From the NCBI GenBank assembly GCA_951406725.2, contig OX597839.1, positions 39,494,001 to 39,558,000 on the forward strand: a DNA stretch of 64,000 nt, read 5' to 3'. The translations under genes were made by a program, and so were the position numbers. Source of the DNA: Octopus vulgaris (Eukaryota). The stretch's first letter is position 1; every line of letters begins with the position of its first letter. Of this stretch, positions 1-14,741 are shown in pieces. A model generated the notes under the pieces. It did no database searches. It saw only the letters and a list, made by a program, of their open reading frames with translations, and was not told where the DNA came from.

Positions 1-59
1 GAATGAAACAAGGAGAGAAAATAAAGAATGAGTAGTGGCTAGTGATCTATCATGGGGAA

Positions 60-90
<31 letters not shown>

Positions 91-111
91 ATATGGTGTA
101 TATGTTTGTGT

Positions 112-332
112 GTCTGTGTTTGTCCCCCTTCCCCACCACCACCATCACTTGACAACCGACGCCGGTGTGTTTACGTCCCTGTAAATTAGCGGTTCGGCAA
201 AAAAGAGGACGATAGAATAAGTACTAAGCTTACAAAGATTAAGTCCTGGGGGTCGATTTTGCTCGACCAAAGGCGGTGCTCCAGCATGGCCGCAGTCAAA
301 CGACTGAAAGAAGTAAAAGAGAGTAAAAGAGA
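112..332 (+). mobile_element. SINE family A (tRNA head/CORE-like SINE), 3' half with (AAAAGAGT)n tail
   Basis: Matches the body and tail (…GGCGGTGCTCCAGCATGGCCGCAGTCAAA…GTAAAAGAG) of about 20 other copies in the window. Confidence 0.85.
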
Positions 333-769
333 GATACAAGCACACACGGGCATTGCAATTTAAGTGGGTGTGTTAATGCATTGTATGAATGAATGCTACA
401 ATGTAATGTGTAGTATACGTGTATGCTTGTGCAACTGTGTTCAGTGTGTATATTATTGGGTAGCATGTGTAGTGTATGTGTGTGTATTGTGTGTGTCTTA
501 TGTACGCATATATATGTTATGTAAGACATGTATGTGTGTGTTCATGTATGCAATATAGTTGTTATTTAACTAAAGGTCAGTGCTGATAGGGTAGATCTAT
601 GAATCACAGGTGTTCCATGCATGACCAAGCCATTTGTTTAGAGTCATAAAAGACTAGGTTGGCTAATGTCCTCTTACCTTATACAAGATATTAGGGTGCG
701 ATTTGTGGCACATTTCAGTGACATTTCTAACAGGTGGAACAAAGCTATCGCACTGAATCATATTGCATG

Positions 770-819
<50 letters not shown>

Positions 820-946
820 GCACACACACACATACATATAATGTGTGTGAGTGTATGTTATGTATAAGTGTGTGTGTATATATACACTTATATTTTAAAG
901 TGTATAGTATATATGATATTGTGTAGTGGTAGAGCAAGGGTGGTTG

Positions 947-984
<38 letters not shown>

Positions 985-1002
985 CATATGTCTATATGTG
1001 GG

Positions 1003-1198
1003 GGTCTTTGTGTCAGTGTTTGACCCCCATCACTGCTTGACAACCAGTGTTGGTGTCTTTCACGTCCCCATAACTTAGCAGTTCAGCAAAAGAGACCGAT
1101 AGAATAGGTACTAGGCTTACAAAGAATAAGTCCTGGTGTTGATTTGTTCGACTGAAACCTTCCAAGGCAGTGTTCCAGCATGACCACACTCAAATGGC
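1003..1198 (+). mobile_element. SINE family A, diverged 3' half
   Basis: Same body motifs (GCTTGACAACC…GCAAAAGAGACCGATAGAATA…) with CpG decay. Confidence 0.75.
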
Positions 1199-1232
1199 TC
1201 TCTCTCTCACTCTCGCCCTCTCTATATATATG

Positions 1233-1289
<57 letters not shown>

Positions 1290-1291
<2 letters not shown>

Positions 1292-1483
1292 CGGGAAGGT
1301 TTACGAAAATAAACAAAAGACGAAGGCAGGTGGAGTACAAACAAACAAATGTATTAGTATGGCGCTCAGGAATAGAAATAGAAATAGTCTTTTACGTTTC
1401 GAGCCTACGCTCTTCGACAGAAAGATACACAGAAAAATAAACAAGGAGAGAAAAAAATGCATGTAGGAGCTAACGATCTATCA
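1290..1483 (-). mobile_element. Short non-coding repeat in (TA)n carrying a hammerhead-like motif (Penelope-derived/retrozyme-like)
   Basis: Near-identical copy at 60107-60313; flanked by (TA)n; contains the motif at 1388-1425. Confidence 0.75.
1388..1425 (-). ncRNA. Minimal type I hammerhead-like motif (A6U core variant)
   Basis: Minus strand UCUUU-CUGUCGA-A-GAGC(GUAG)GCUC-GAA-ACGU-A-AAAGA: 5-bp stem I, 4-bp stem II, palindromic stem III, GUA site. Confidence 0.65.
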
Positions 1484-1697
1484 TATATATATATATAGAG
1501 ATAGAGACACACACACACTAGCGTATAAGTATTGGGTTAAAAACACTAGGGACAGAAAATGTCGAAGACAGGTCGTGGGAATCGAACTCACATTTTCTGT
1601 AAGTGTAACAGACTTTCTACAACTGTACCAAAACAATCCTTTGAATTTCTGAATACAGTTTCGAATCTTTGTTCATATCAGCTTTTTAAACAACACA

Positions 1698-1729
<32 letters not shown>

Positions 1730-1886
1730 ACTGACGACCATAGATGTATTTAAGAATAAACGTACATAGACGTGTATGTTAATATATAGGGAAGTATCAG
1801 TAATATGTCGCTCTCACGCCTCAAAATATTCCATAAATGTTTCATATTTTAGTTCTTCCTTATCACTTTCCCACGCCACAGCCAAC

Positions 1887-1930
<44 letters not shown>

Positions 1931-1933
1931 GTA

Positions 1934-2356
1934 GGATCTTTTCGGTTTGACCGGCAGTTTTTTAAAATAATTTCCACGGAACTAAATACTTCTAAACTTC
2001 GTATACTGGTAGAATGTGTCTACAAAACATCTTTTTCTCTTGGCTTTATTGAGAAAATTCTATATTTTGTAAGATATTCGTTCTTTCTTTTTTCTTCAAT
2101 TTCTGCAATTTCAAATAATCAATGACGTCTATTGAGGTGAAAACATTCTGTGCCGTATGAATATGTCCCTCGTTTAAGAAACTGATTGGGTTTATTTACA
2201 TTTCTGAAGAAAAAAAAGATACCCTAACCCTAACCAATCCTAACCCTAACCCTAAAACAGATTGAAATGCAATAGATCGATACTAGGGTCATAATTATGG
2301 GTGACAATTTCATATGACACCGCTAGAAAAAACTGCTGTTCAAACCGAAAAGATCC
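1934..2356. mobile_element. MITE with 17-bp perfect TIRs, flanked by TA, with internal (CCCTAA)n
   Basis: GGATCTTTTCGGTTTGA…TCAAACCGAAAAGATCC, TA on both sides, inserted in (AAT)n; telomere-like repeats at 2221-2255. Confidence 0.85.
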
Positions 2357-2389
2357 TAATAATAATCATTATTATTATTTTTAATTTTT

Positions 2390-2965
2390 TGCCACAAGGG
2401 TAGCTTGGAAGTGGGGATGAATCGATTACATTGACCCCAGTGTTCAACTGGTATTAATTTTATCGATCACGAAAGGATGAAAGGCAAAGTCAACCTCGGC
2501 GGAATTTGAACTCAGAACGTAGAGATAACATGAAATACCGCTAAGCATTTCGCCCCGCGTGCTGACGATTCAGCCAACTCGCCAATAATCTTTTCTATTA
2601 TAGGGCACAAGGCTTGAAATTTTGGGGGAGGAGGTAAGTCGATGACACTGAACCCTATTACACAACTGGTACTTAAATTTACCGAGCCCGAAAGGATGAA
2701 AGGCAAAGTTGACTTCAATGGAACTTGAACTCAGAACGTAAGGACGTACGAAATATCTATTTCTTTACTACACAGAGAGGACAAACAAGGACAGACGAAG
2801 GGATTAAGTCGATTATATCGACACCAGTGCGTAACTGGTACTTATTCAATCGACCCCGAAAGGATGAAAGGCAAAGTCGACCTCGGCGGAATTTGAACTC
2901 AGAACGTAACGGCAGACAAAATATCGCTAAGCATTTCGCCCGGCTTGCTTAACGATTCTGCCAAC
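2390..2965 (-). mobile_element. Cluster of SINE family B fragments (tRNA head plus GCCTTTCATCCTTTCGGGGTCGATAAA central domain, Meta-domain-like)
   Basis: Three repeats of GAAAGGATGAAAGGCAAAGTCGACCTCGGCGGAATTTGAACTCAGAACGT. Confidence 0.85.
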
Positions 2966-3262
2966 AACAGCAACAATAGTCAAAGCATGTTTAAAATGAC
3001 ATATGCAAAATGTATGTATGTATTCATGTATGTATTCATGTATATACATAGATGTGCATATATCAGTGTGTTCTGTACAGTTGTGTATGTGTGCGTGTGT
3101 GTGTATGTCGGCAACGTTTGCAATGGTATTACAAGAACAGTTAAACAGCATTTAATTGTTAGAACCGAATTAAGATCAATCATACCCATACACACACAAA
3201 GGTAATAATTATTATTAAAATTAATGTGATTTTAGAGTCAAGTTTTGGCTGCTATTTCCAGC

Positions 3263-3447
3263 GTCGTCTGCCGTTACGTTGTGAGTTCAAATTCCGCCGA
3301 GGTTGACTTTGCCTTTCATCCTTTCGGGGTCGATAAATTAAGCACCAGTTACGTAGTGGGGTTGATGTAATCGACTTAATACCTATGTCTGTCCTTGTTT
3401 GTCCCCTCTATGTTTAGCCCCTTGTGGGTAATAAAAAAAATAGGTAT
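3263..3447 (+). mobile_element. SINE family B, 5'-truncated
   Basis: GAGTTCAAATTCCGCCGAGG…CCTTTCATCCTTTCGGGGTCGATAAA…AGCCCCTTGTGGG. Confidence 0.85.
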
Positions 3448-4147
3448 CTCTTAGATACCCTAAATTATAATTTTTAATATATATATATATATATATGTGT
3501 GTGTGTCAGAGAGAGAGAAAGAGAGATTTCGATACATGACTTGCTTTATTGTATTGCCTCTCGCCTCGCTACCCCATCACCAGGAGATTAAGTCGACCTG
3601 GACCGTGAATCGAACGCGAAAAATGCAGATAAGACGCAAAATATTTTGTCGACTAGAAGATGAATTGAAAGAGAACCATCTCACACACACACTTGCCTGT
3701 GTAACAAAATTCTTCCTTTCGTTTCCCCCACATACGGTACAAAAGCACGTGAGCACATATTGCAAATCGTGAATTCGTTCGTTTACAAAATGATCACGAT
3801 ATCTGGGACTAGAAAAAAATTTGTAAGACCTTCTTAAGATGACGGTTTAAAAGAAGATACTTTCTTTGACAACCTTGTTACCCAGTAGGTGGCCGCTCAA
3901 AATTTACACTGAATTAAAAAGTGAAAGAAAAGAACATACCACACACACACATATATATTATATACCTAAGTGCATATATACATGCATACGCACGTACATA
4001 CATAACTAAATACATATACATACATGGACTACACATAAAAATACTCTTACACATCATACATATGCATAAACATACAGCTACTCGGAGGTACACGCGAGGG
4101 CACAAATACACATACAGACACACATTGACGCACGATAGACAGATATA

Positions 4148-4652
4148 TATTTCTTTACTACCCACAAGGGGCTAAACACAGAGGGGACAAACAAGGACAG
4201 ACAAACTTAGAACGTAGCGGGCAGACGAAATACCTATTTCTTTACTACCCACAAGGGGCTTAAACACAGAGGGGACAAACAAGGACAGACAAACGGATTA
4301 AGTCGATTATATCGACCCCAGTGCGTAACTGGTACTTATTTAATCGACCCCGAAAGGATGAAAGGCAAACTCGACGTCGGTGGAATTTGAACTCAGAACG
4401 TAACGGCAGACGAAATACCTATTTTTTTACTACCCACAAGGGGCTAAACACAGAGGGGACAAACAAGGACAGACATAGGTATTAAGTCGATTACATCGAC
4501 CCCAGTGCGTAACTGGTACTTAATTTATCGACCCCGAAAGGATGAAAGGCGAAGTCGACCTCGGCGGAATTTGAACTCAGAACGTAGCAGCAGACGAAAT
4601 ACCGCTAAGCATTTCGCGCAGCGTGCTAACGTTTCTGCCAGCTCGCCGCCTT
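4148..4652 (-). mobile_element. SINE family B head-to-tail multimer
   Basis: One unit with a full head plus further units joined at GAAATAC|CTATTT (plus-strand view). Confidence 0.9.
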
Positions 4653-4717
4653 AGTGACGACCATAATTTACAGAACCACGTACACACCCTTACATCTATA
4701 GACAGATTTAAATGACC

Positions 4718-4944
4718 GCTGTCCTTCGAAGTCCCAAATCACGTAACAAATGAAAAAGATAGAGTGTTTCTTTCTTTGCTTTTGTTTTGTTTTATTTCTG
4801 TTTATTTTTTTTTTTTTTGCTATGATTCATTAAACGGAAATTTTACAAAATTTTTCCCTTTTGATTTTTTTCCTTTGTAGTTTCTTCCCATACACTTCCG
4901 AATTATTTTCTTTTCCCATGAGATAAGGGACTTCGAAGGACAGC
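4718..4944. mobile_element. MITE with 18-bp perfect TIRs
   Basis: GCTGTCCTTCGAAGTCCC (4718-4735) and GGGACTTCGAAGGACAGC (4927-4944) around a T-rich core. Confidence 0.7.
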
Positions 4945-5107
4945 CGTTACATAACTCCGCCCACGTAAGATACAAACACAAATACACACACACACACACA
5001 CACATTCACAAATACACACGCACATACATATTCACACACATACATATACCTACACGTACATATAGATACAAATGCACATACACACACGCACACACATGTA
5101 CACATAA

Positions 5108-5410
5108 CGGCACTCCGTCGCTGGCGACGATGCTGGTTCCAGCTGATTTAATCAACCGAGTAACTAGCTCGTGAAATTAACGAACAAGCGGCTGAGTACT
5201 CCACAGAGACGCAAACCCTTAAAACCGTCGTTCTCGGGGAGATTCAGCATGACACAGATTGTGGCAAAGCTGCCCCTTTTAAATCACAGGTATACCTCAT
5301 TTTTGCCAGCTGAGTGGACAAGGGCAACTAGAAATAAAGTGTCTTGCTCAAGGACACAATGCGTCGCTGGGAATCGAACCCACGACCTTACGATCGTGAA
5401 CTGAATACCC
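5108..5410 (-). mobile_element. Diverged SINE family C-related element
   Basis: Shares GCACTCCGTCG…GCTCGTGAAATTAACG… with 34186-34566; B-box-like GGTTCGATTCC on the minus strand. Confidence 0.7.
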
Positions 5411-5659
5411 ATTCGAGGCCCAGAAAATTGTTGTATACCCTGGTGTAGTTAACTCTTAGATCAACTCATCGATTAGACGATTTATGATCCAAAGCCAATC
5501 CAACTGTGACCAGCTTGTCGATTAATTTCTCAGTCCAACTGTACTTTTTAACATCAACCAAATTCAGTGATTCTCACCCGGGGTCCACACGGCTCTCAAG
5601 GCCCCACACGACCCTTATGGGGGGAGGAGGTGCATATAAGATCTTGTCAAAATTTCTTT

Positions 5660-5806
5660 GTAATAAATTGCTTTGCTTACGAACCACATGGTTCCGGGTT
5701 CAGTCCCACTGCGTGGCACCTTGGGCAAGTGTCTTCTACTATAGCTTCGGGCCGACCAAAGCCTTGTGAGTGGATTTAGGAGACGGAAACTGAAAGAAGC
5801 CCGTCG

Positions 5807-5859
<53 letters not shown>

Positions 5860-6070
5860 GTGTGTGCTTGTCCCCCTTACATCGTTTGACAACCGATGCT
5901 GGTGTGTTTACGTCCCCGTAACTTAGTGGTTCGGCAAAAGAGACCGATAAAATAAGTACTAGGCCTACAAAGAATAAGTCCTGGAGTCTATTTGTTCTAC
6001 TAAAGGCGGTGCTCCAGCATGGCCGCAATCAAATGACTGAAACAAGTAAAAGAATAAAAGAAAAGAATAA
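5660..6070 (+). mobile_element. SINE family A, near full length
   Basis: CCACATGGTTCCGGGTTCAGTCCCACTGCGTGGCACCTTGGGCAAGTGTCTT (B box plus CORE-like), internal (TA)(TG) tract, A-rich tail. Confidence 0.9.
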
Positions 6071-6346
6071 AACCATTTCTTTTTATACAATTCCTTATAA
6101 ATATTAGAGAGATATTCTGGTATTTCTTTTAGACATCGAATGCCAATGATGGTCCCCCTGACGCCCGCGTAACATAGGGATGAAAGGAGGGGGTCCATAG
6201 GTGAAAATGGAAAGAAAGAAAGGAAATGGTTGAGAAGCACTGTCCTCAACCAAAATCATCTTCTGACCCCCTCCCCACCCCTCGACTGAATTTGAATTAT
6301 AAAAGAGAGAAAAAGAAAGAAAAAAGCGTTCGATAGACGATGGTAT

Positions 6347-7010
6347 GAAGAAGAAGAAGAGAATGAGAAGAAGAAGGAGAAGAAGAAGAAAAAGAAGAAA
6401 AAGAAGAAGAAGAAGAAGAAGAAGAGGACGGCGAGGAGGAGAAGGGGAAGAAGATGGAGGAGGAGAAGAGGATGAGGATGGCGGAGGAGGAGGAGGGAGA
6501 AGAAAATAGAGAAGATGAGGATGGCGGGGAGGAGGAGAGGGAAGAAGGAGGAGGAAGAGAAGAGGATGAGGATGGCGGAGGAGGAGGAGGGAGAAGAAAA
6601 TAGAGAAGATGAGGATGGCGGGGAGGAGGAGAGGGAAGAAGGAGGAGGAAGAGGAAGAGATGGAGGAGGAGGTCACGATGATGATATTGATGATGATGGT
6701 GAGGATGATGAACGAGGAAGAGGTGGTGGAGGCGGAAGTGGATGACGACAACGACGACGATGATGATGTTGATGATGATGATGATGATGAGGAGGAGGAG
6801 GAGGAGGAGGAGGAGAGGAGGAGGAGGTCACGATGATGATGAGGAGGAGGGGGAGGAGGAGGGGGAGGAGGAGGAGGAGGAGGAGGATGACGACGACGGA
6901 AGGAAAGAAGAGAATGAAGAAGAAAAGGATGACGAGGAGAGGAGACGGAAAGGATGAGAAGATGATGAGGAGGAGGAGGATAAAGAATGAGGAGGATAAA
7001 GGGAAGAAGA
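6347..7010. repeat. Purine-rich (GAA/GGA/GAT)n compound microsatellite
   Basis: Direct inspection; explains the low-complexity ORFs at 6104-7036. Confidence 0.95.
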
Positions 7011-7516
7011 AGTATGTACGGTCTTAACCTATCCAATAAATTCCTCGTCGAGGAAGAAACCTTAATGAGCGCGTGAGTGTAGGTGTGTGGGTGAAGTGGG
7101 GGTTGTCAGTGAGTAGGTGTTGCAATTGGTGTGTGTGTATGTGTGAATGTATGAATGCGTGTGTGAGTGAGTGTATGAATGTGTGTGTGAGTGTGTGTGT
7201 GAATGTGTGTGTGAGTGTATGAATGTGTTTGAGTGTACGTGTGTGTGAGTGTATGAATGTATTAATGTGTGTGTGAATGTGTGTGTATATGTGAGTGTAT
7301 GAATGTGTGTGTGTGTGTATGTGTTTTTGAGTGTACGTGTGTGTGTGTGTGTATGTGTGTGAGTGTATGAGTGTGTATGTGTGTGTGTATGTTTGAGTGT
7401 ACGTGTGTGTGTGTGTGAATGTGTGTTTGTGTGTAAAGCTGTACGCATACGTTATGATGAATTCAATAAGATTACACAATACTTTTAAAATAGCTTCTTT
7501 TTTTGTGTGTGTGTTT

Positions 7517-7702
7517 TAGTGATCATACTGCGGCCATACTGGAGCACTGTATCGAAGGGTTAAGTCGACCAATTCAACCAGCAGTGCTTATTTTCCCAAG
7601 TCTGGTACGTGGTACCTACTCTATTAGTCTCTTATGCTGAGCCATTGAATTACAGGGACATTAACAAACCAACACCGGTTGTCAAACAGTGGCGCGGGAC
7701 TA

Positions 7703-7735
<33 letters not shown>

Positions 7736-7895
7736 CGTGACGATCTTTCTTTCAGTTTCCATCTACCAAATCCGCTCACAAGGCCTTGGTCGGCCCGGGG
7801 CTTATAGTAGAAGACACCCGCCCAAAGTACCACGCAGTGGGATTGAACCCGGAACCGTGTGGTTGGGAAGCATGAAAACCTTCTACAACAGCCCA
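7517..7895 (-). mobile_element. SINE family A, diverged
   Basis: Reverse complement of the family A body and head. Confidence 0.8.
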
Positions 7896-8240
7896 TTCAA
7901 CATTTTACCCAAATAATATTGCACAGAAAGTAGCCCAGCGGTTAAAGTGTTAGGCTGACGGTCCTGAGAACGATTCCTGGACCCAGCTACACATTGTGTT
8001 CTTAAGCAAGTATCTTCATTTCACATTACTCCAATCTAATCTAACAGAAATGACTACCATCCGAGGATTAATTATTGCAGCCCTTTCGCCCGCCATCTTT
8101 TACAAACTCCATATTCCATTATGTTGGAGGGGCTGAGAGAATATTTTTTTCCCTGCTCGTGATTACACAGGACATAAAACAATTAGCGAAAACGTGGTAC
8201 ATTCTCAACAGATCATATTTGATTAACAGTTTACAGAAGT

Positions 8241-8460
8241 TCTTTTATTCTTTTACTTGTTTCAGTCATTGGTCTGCGGCCATGCTGGAGCACTGCCTTG
8301 AATTTTTAAGTCGAAGGAATGTACCCCAGTCCCTTTTTTTCCCTTCTTAAATCTGGCACTTATTCTATTGGCCCCTTTTTGCCGAACCGCGAAGAATATG
8401 GGAACGTAAACAAACGAGCTACGGCTGTCAAGCAGTAATGGAGGACAAACACGAGTACAA
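8241..8460 (-). mobile_element. SINE family A, 3' part, diverged
   Basis: TTTTACTTGTTTCAGTCATT…GCGGCCATGCTGGAGCAC. Confidence 0.75.
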
Positions 8461-8468
8461 AACCTCAC

Positions 8469-8526
<58 letters not shown>

Positions 8527-8539
8527 AACAAACACACAG

Positions 8540-8740
8540 GTGAAAAACAAGAAAATAGTACTCAATTACGAAAAGTAGAGTGAAACAGTATTTCATTAAA
8601 GCTGAAAACGTTTCCCCCAGACTGTTACTCAGAGTTTCACTCGACCGATTAATGGACAGTCGATTGTCTGACGATTGAGTTACACGAAACTCTTCAGAGC
8701 AGTTTGTTGTGTCTGTTCCGCTTCAATGAAACACTATGCA
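8540..8740. mobile_element. Inverted-repeat element with a degenerate hammerhead core
   Basis: Imperfect arms; CTGACGA (8668) and GAAAC (8686) on plus, GAAACTCTGAGTAACAGTC on minus (8620-8638); related end fragments near 38755-38830 and 41025-41065. Confidence 0.5.
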
Positions 8741-8802
8741 TGCATGCACGTATGTCTGTATATGTGTGCGTATATATATATATGTAGGTATGTATGTGTT
8801 TG

Positions 8803-8847
<45 letters not shown>

Positions 8848-9754
8848 ATATGTATGTCGGTATATATGTGTGTGTATGTATCTGTCTTATATGTGTGTGT
8901 ATATATATGTAGGTATGTATGGGTGTGTTTGTATGTATGCATATATGTATGTCGGTATATATGTGTGTGTATGTATGTATGTTTGATATGTGTGTGTGTG
9001 TGTATATATATGTAGGTAAGTATGTGTGTGTTTGTATGAATGCATATATGTATGTATGTGTGTATATGTATGTAGGTATGTATGTGTGTGTTCGTAGTAT
9101 GTATGTATGTATGTATGTATATGTTTGTGTATGTATGTGTATGTATATATGTATGTGTGTATATGCATGTAGGTATGTATGTGTGTGTATGTATGTACGT
9201 GTGTGTATATGTATGTAGGTATGTGTGTGTGCATGTGTGTTTGTATGTATGCATGTAAGTATGCATGTATATATGTATGTGTGCGTGTGTGTGTGTTTGA
9301 GTGCGCGTGTGTGTGTGCATACGCAAGTTCATGAACTGAATCACAGGAAAAGACAACAGAAGTCAGTTGGATGGTCACGGTGAATAGATTAGATTAATGT
9401 TCAGTGCAAGATTTAGATGGAAAAAAGATAGAAGTAAAAATGATGCTTCGAGCTTGGCTCTTCGTCGGATCGGAGAAAAGGTGGAAAGATGATATAAGTC
9501 TGGAGGAAAGAAGGATACACACGTATATATACACAGGAAGATACATAGGTAGATGTGATAGAAAGATCTATATGTATACATATGTAAGTGTGTTGTGTAT
9601 ATGTGTATATATATATATACATACATACACACATTCATATACGATGAATGAATGTTGTCAAACGAATGAGTGAAACGTGCTCAATATATGTAACGGGGTA
9701 CATAAGTATATTGAAACAGAATGCCTTTCTCACGAGTCGAGTTTCATTAAACTT

Positions 9755-9795
9755 CTTGCCTGAAGATCGCAATTGCATGAAACTCGAGTTCCATG
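9755..9795 (+). ncRNA. Degenerate minimal hammerhead-like motif in an inverted-repeat element (~9675-9855)
   Basis: CUUGC-CUGAAGA-UCGC(AAUU)GCAU-GAA-ACUCGAGU-U; stem III palindromic; inverted partial copy at 9719-9746. Confidence 0.5.
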
Positions 9796-9925
9796 ATAAG
9801 CATTCGTTTCAACACACACACACACTGAATATTAAACATAAATAATGAGTATTGTAAATTCTACTACCACAAATAGTATAAGGTTTTAATTAGATATTCT
9901 AATTCGTAAGAAAAAACACACTAGA

Positions 9926-9960
<35 letters not shown>

Positions 9961-11102
9961 CGCACACACATACATATATAAACATGTGCCAATGCATACC
10001 CAGATGTATATATTCATATATAGGCATATATACAAGGATATATATATACATGTGCTTATTTTCATATCATATACATGTATATGCATATATATATATACAT
10101 ATATATATACATACATGCATCTTGCTCAGAATCTATTATCAAACGGTCCTGTTGTATGCATGAGGAAAGGTGAAATAATTATTGTTTCGATCAGGAAACC
10201 CTGGGTAGCTGTATTTAACGAGACTTATGGTTTTTATTATAACACACACACACATATGCATGCATATATACATAACACACACACATACAGACAAACAGAT
10301 ATATACACGCACAACACAACATATTCTGAATAATGTTAGTGATCATAAAGGATGTCGGTGAGGGTGACTACGATCATGATAATGATGATGGTAGTCATGT
10401 ATGTATATATATATATACACACACACACTAAACACAGACACACACACACGCACCAAACACAGACACACACACGCACACACACACACACACATGCACACAA
10501 ACACATGTACGAACTTATACACACACACACATGTATTGCAGTAAAAACGTTTGTTATCATGTAATCAGACGGTTATTGTTATCTGAATTAGTAATCTCTT
10601 TTCCAAGTCAAAACAAAGAGCGGCTCCCAATGTGTGTGTGTGTGTGTGTGCACAGATAGAGAGAGAAAGAGAGAGAAAGGGGCAGAGTGATGAGAGACTG
10701 ACAGAATGGCAGAAGAAATATAGTACCATAAATTGTGAGTGTGTACAATATGTGTGTTTGTGTGTGTGTTTGTATTAATACCAAGATCTACTTCAATATG
10801 CTATGAATACCACATGCCAAAATTTCAGTCGGCTGAACTTCTTGTAGTTATCTCCCTTATTGAGTTTACATTGTAAACATTAACACAGAAACGGTTTTTG
10901 TCTACTACTAATTAATTGGATCAGCCCAGCTGTTGGAATATTTCAGCATGCTATGGAACAAATATATTCTAATGTGTGCGTGTGCGCATACACACATACA
11001 CACACACACACACACACACAAACACACGCACACACACCCAACCATCCACATATATACACACTTATTTGGAAATGGATGTGTCACGTTCAACAAAATTAAT
11101 AA

Positions 11103-11180
<78 letters not shown>

Positions 11181-11252
11181 CTGTGTATGCATGATAATAT
11201 AAAAAGATAGGGCGAGACAAATGGATAGGTTCATATATACATATTATTTCCT

Positions 11253-11292
11253 GTGCCCCAGCATGGCCACAGCTCATAAGCTGAAACTAGAA
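11253..11292 (+). mobile_element. Very short 3'-end retroposon fragment (family D tail)
   Basis: GTGCCCCAGCATGGCCACAGCTCATAAGCTGAAACTAG, also at 46872-46908 and, inverted, at 27197-27240. Confidence 0.65.
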
Positions 11293-11311
11293 TCAATCAA
11301 TCAATCAATCA

Positions 11312-11344
<33 letters not shown>

Positions 11345-11508
11345 ACAGGTACAGACATACCGTATGCTTAGCCAGACGGACAGACATTGAGCGAAAGAGA
11401 CACACATTTCATGGTTACTGCATGCGCGTGTGCGTGTGTATGAAGTTGTTTCTGTGTGGATATATGCATACATAGAGTGAGTGAGATAGAGAGAGAAGGG
11501 ATTAGAAA

Positions 11509-12915
<1,407 letters not shown>

Positions 12916-13386
12916 CACATGTGTACGTCGGCTCGAAAAAAACCCCACAAATATATGTATATATATGTGTATGTATATATATATATATATATATATATGA
13001 ACAAGTTGCGAGAAAGTTAAGTCAAAAGTTAAAACAAGGCAAATTAAGACAACAAATATTAATTAAGAAAAATAAATACAAGCGGTATATATATATATAT
13101 ATACTAGGAATAAAGCAATTACCTGGTATATGTGTTTTTTTGATATATTTTGTAAGATAAAAAAATAATGATAATCCAAGATGTATATATGTAGATATAT
13201 ATATATATATGTGTATATATAAACGGTGTTGTTAGTATTTTTTTTTTTTAGTACGGACAGCGATGTTCACGAAGAATTAAAGCACAGATACTCCTCACGC
13301 ACAGCGGGGCTACACATAGAGAACTCTACGCACGCGCACTCAGACACTTAGTGTTTCTCGCATCTAAAGACATATATATATGTGTG

Positions 13387-13417
<31 letters not shown>

Positions 13418-13696
13418 ATGTATATATATAGGAAGCAGGTCCGCTCTCTCTCTCGTATGTGAATACACACACACACACATACACTCACACACATATATAT
13501 ATATATGCACATATATATATACACACACGCACTTTACATAGACAGAGATATAGACCACACCTACACACGTTCACACACATAGACACACACACTCCCACAC
13601 GCATACATGTATGTATATAGACGGGAATACACGCAAACTGTGTGTCTGCGTGTGAATTGAATAAACCTAACGGAATAACGGAATATCACTTTATAA

Positions 13697-13754
<58 letters not shown>

Positions 13755-13953
13755 TTTATGTGTTGTTTATATATATACTCTTTTACTTGTTTCAGTCATT
13801 TGACTGCGGCCATGCTGGAGCACCGCCTTTAATATATATATATATATATATATTATTTTTATGTGTTGTTTATATATATCTATGTATATTATATATTATT
13901 TTTATGTGTTTATATATATATATATATAAACAATTTATTCTTTTTCCCAGTCG

Positions 13954-13987
<34 letters not shown>

Positions 13988-14109
13988 ATGTCTCCTTCCT
14001 CACACAAATAAAAACTCTCTCTTTCTCTCATTATATGTATTTCTTTCTCTCTCACTTTCTGTATTTCTCTCGTACAATCTCTCTCTGTTTCTCTCTAATT
14101 CTACTTCTG

Positions 14110-14144
<35 letters not shown>

Positions 14145-14545
14145 AAGTATCTTCCTCTCTCTTTCACGCATTCACCATGTCTACGTTGTCTCTCTCCCTC
14201 ACTTTCTTAACTTCTCCCTCTTTCACTCACTCACTCACACTCTCCCTATCTCTATTTTTCTTTCCCCCATTCATTCCACAAGTCTACCTCTCTCTCTCTC
14301 TCTCTCTCTCTCATTCATTCTCACACTCTTTCTTTCCTTCTCTCTCCATCTCGCTCACTCTATCCGTACCTCACTCTTTCCATCTCTATTCCTATGCCTT
14401 TCACTCAACCCCTCTCTCATTCTTTCTAACACCCCCACACCATCTCTCTCGCTCTCTTCACTTTATCTACATTTTCTCACAAGAAGTCACCCTGTTCTCC
14501 TGTCTCTCTCTTCACACACACAGACACACTACACACACACACTAC

Positions 14546-14611
<66 letters not shown>

Positions 14612-14701
14612 CACACTACACACACTATACACTACACACACACACACACACACACACTACACACACACACACACTACACACACACACTACACACGCACGC
14701 A

Positions 14702-14741
<40 letters not shown>

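Noticed and set aside
145-345. Recurring peptide FQSFDCGHAGAPPLVEQ in many ORFs
   Set aside because: Antisense translation of the SINE A tail, not a gene family.
6104-7036. 310-aa Pro/Ser/Leu-rich ORF and overlapping acidic ORFs
   Set aside because: Translation of a GGA/GAA/GAT microsatellite.
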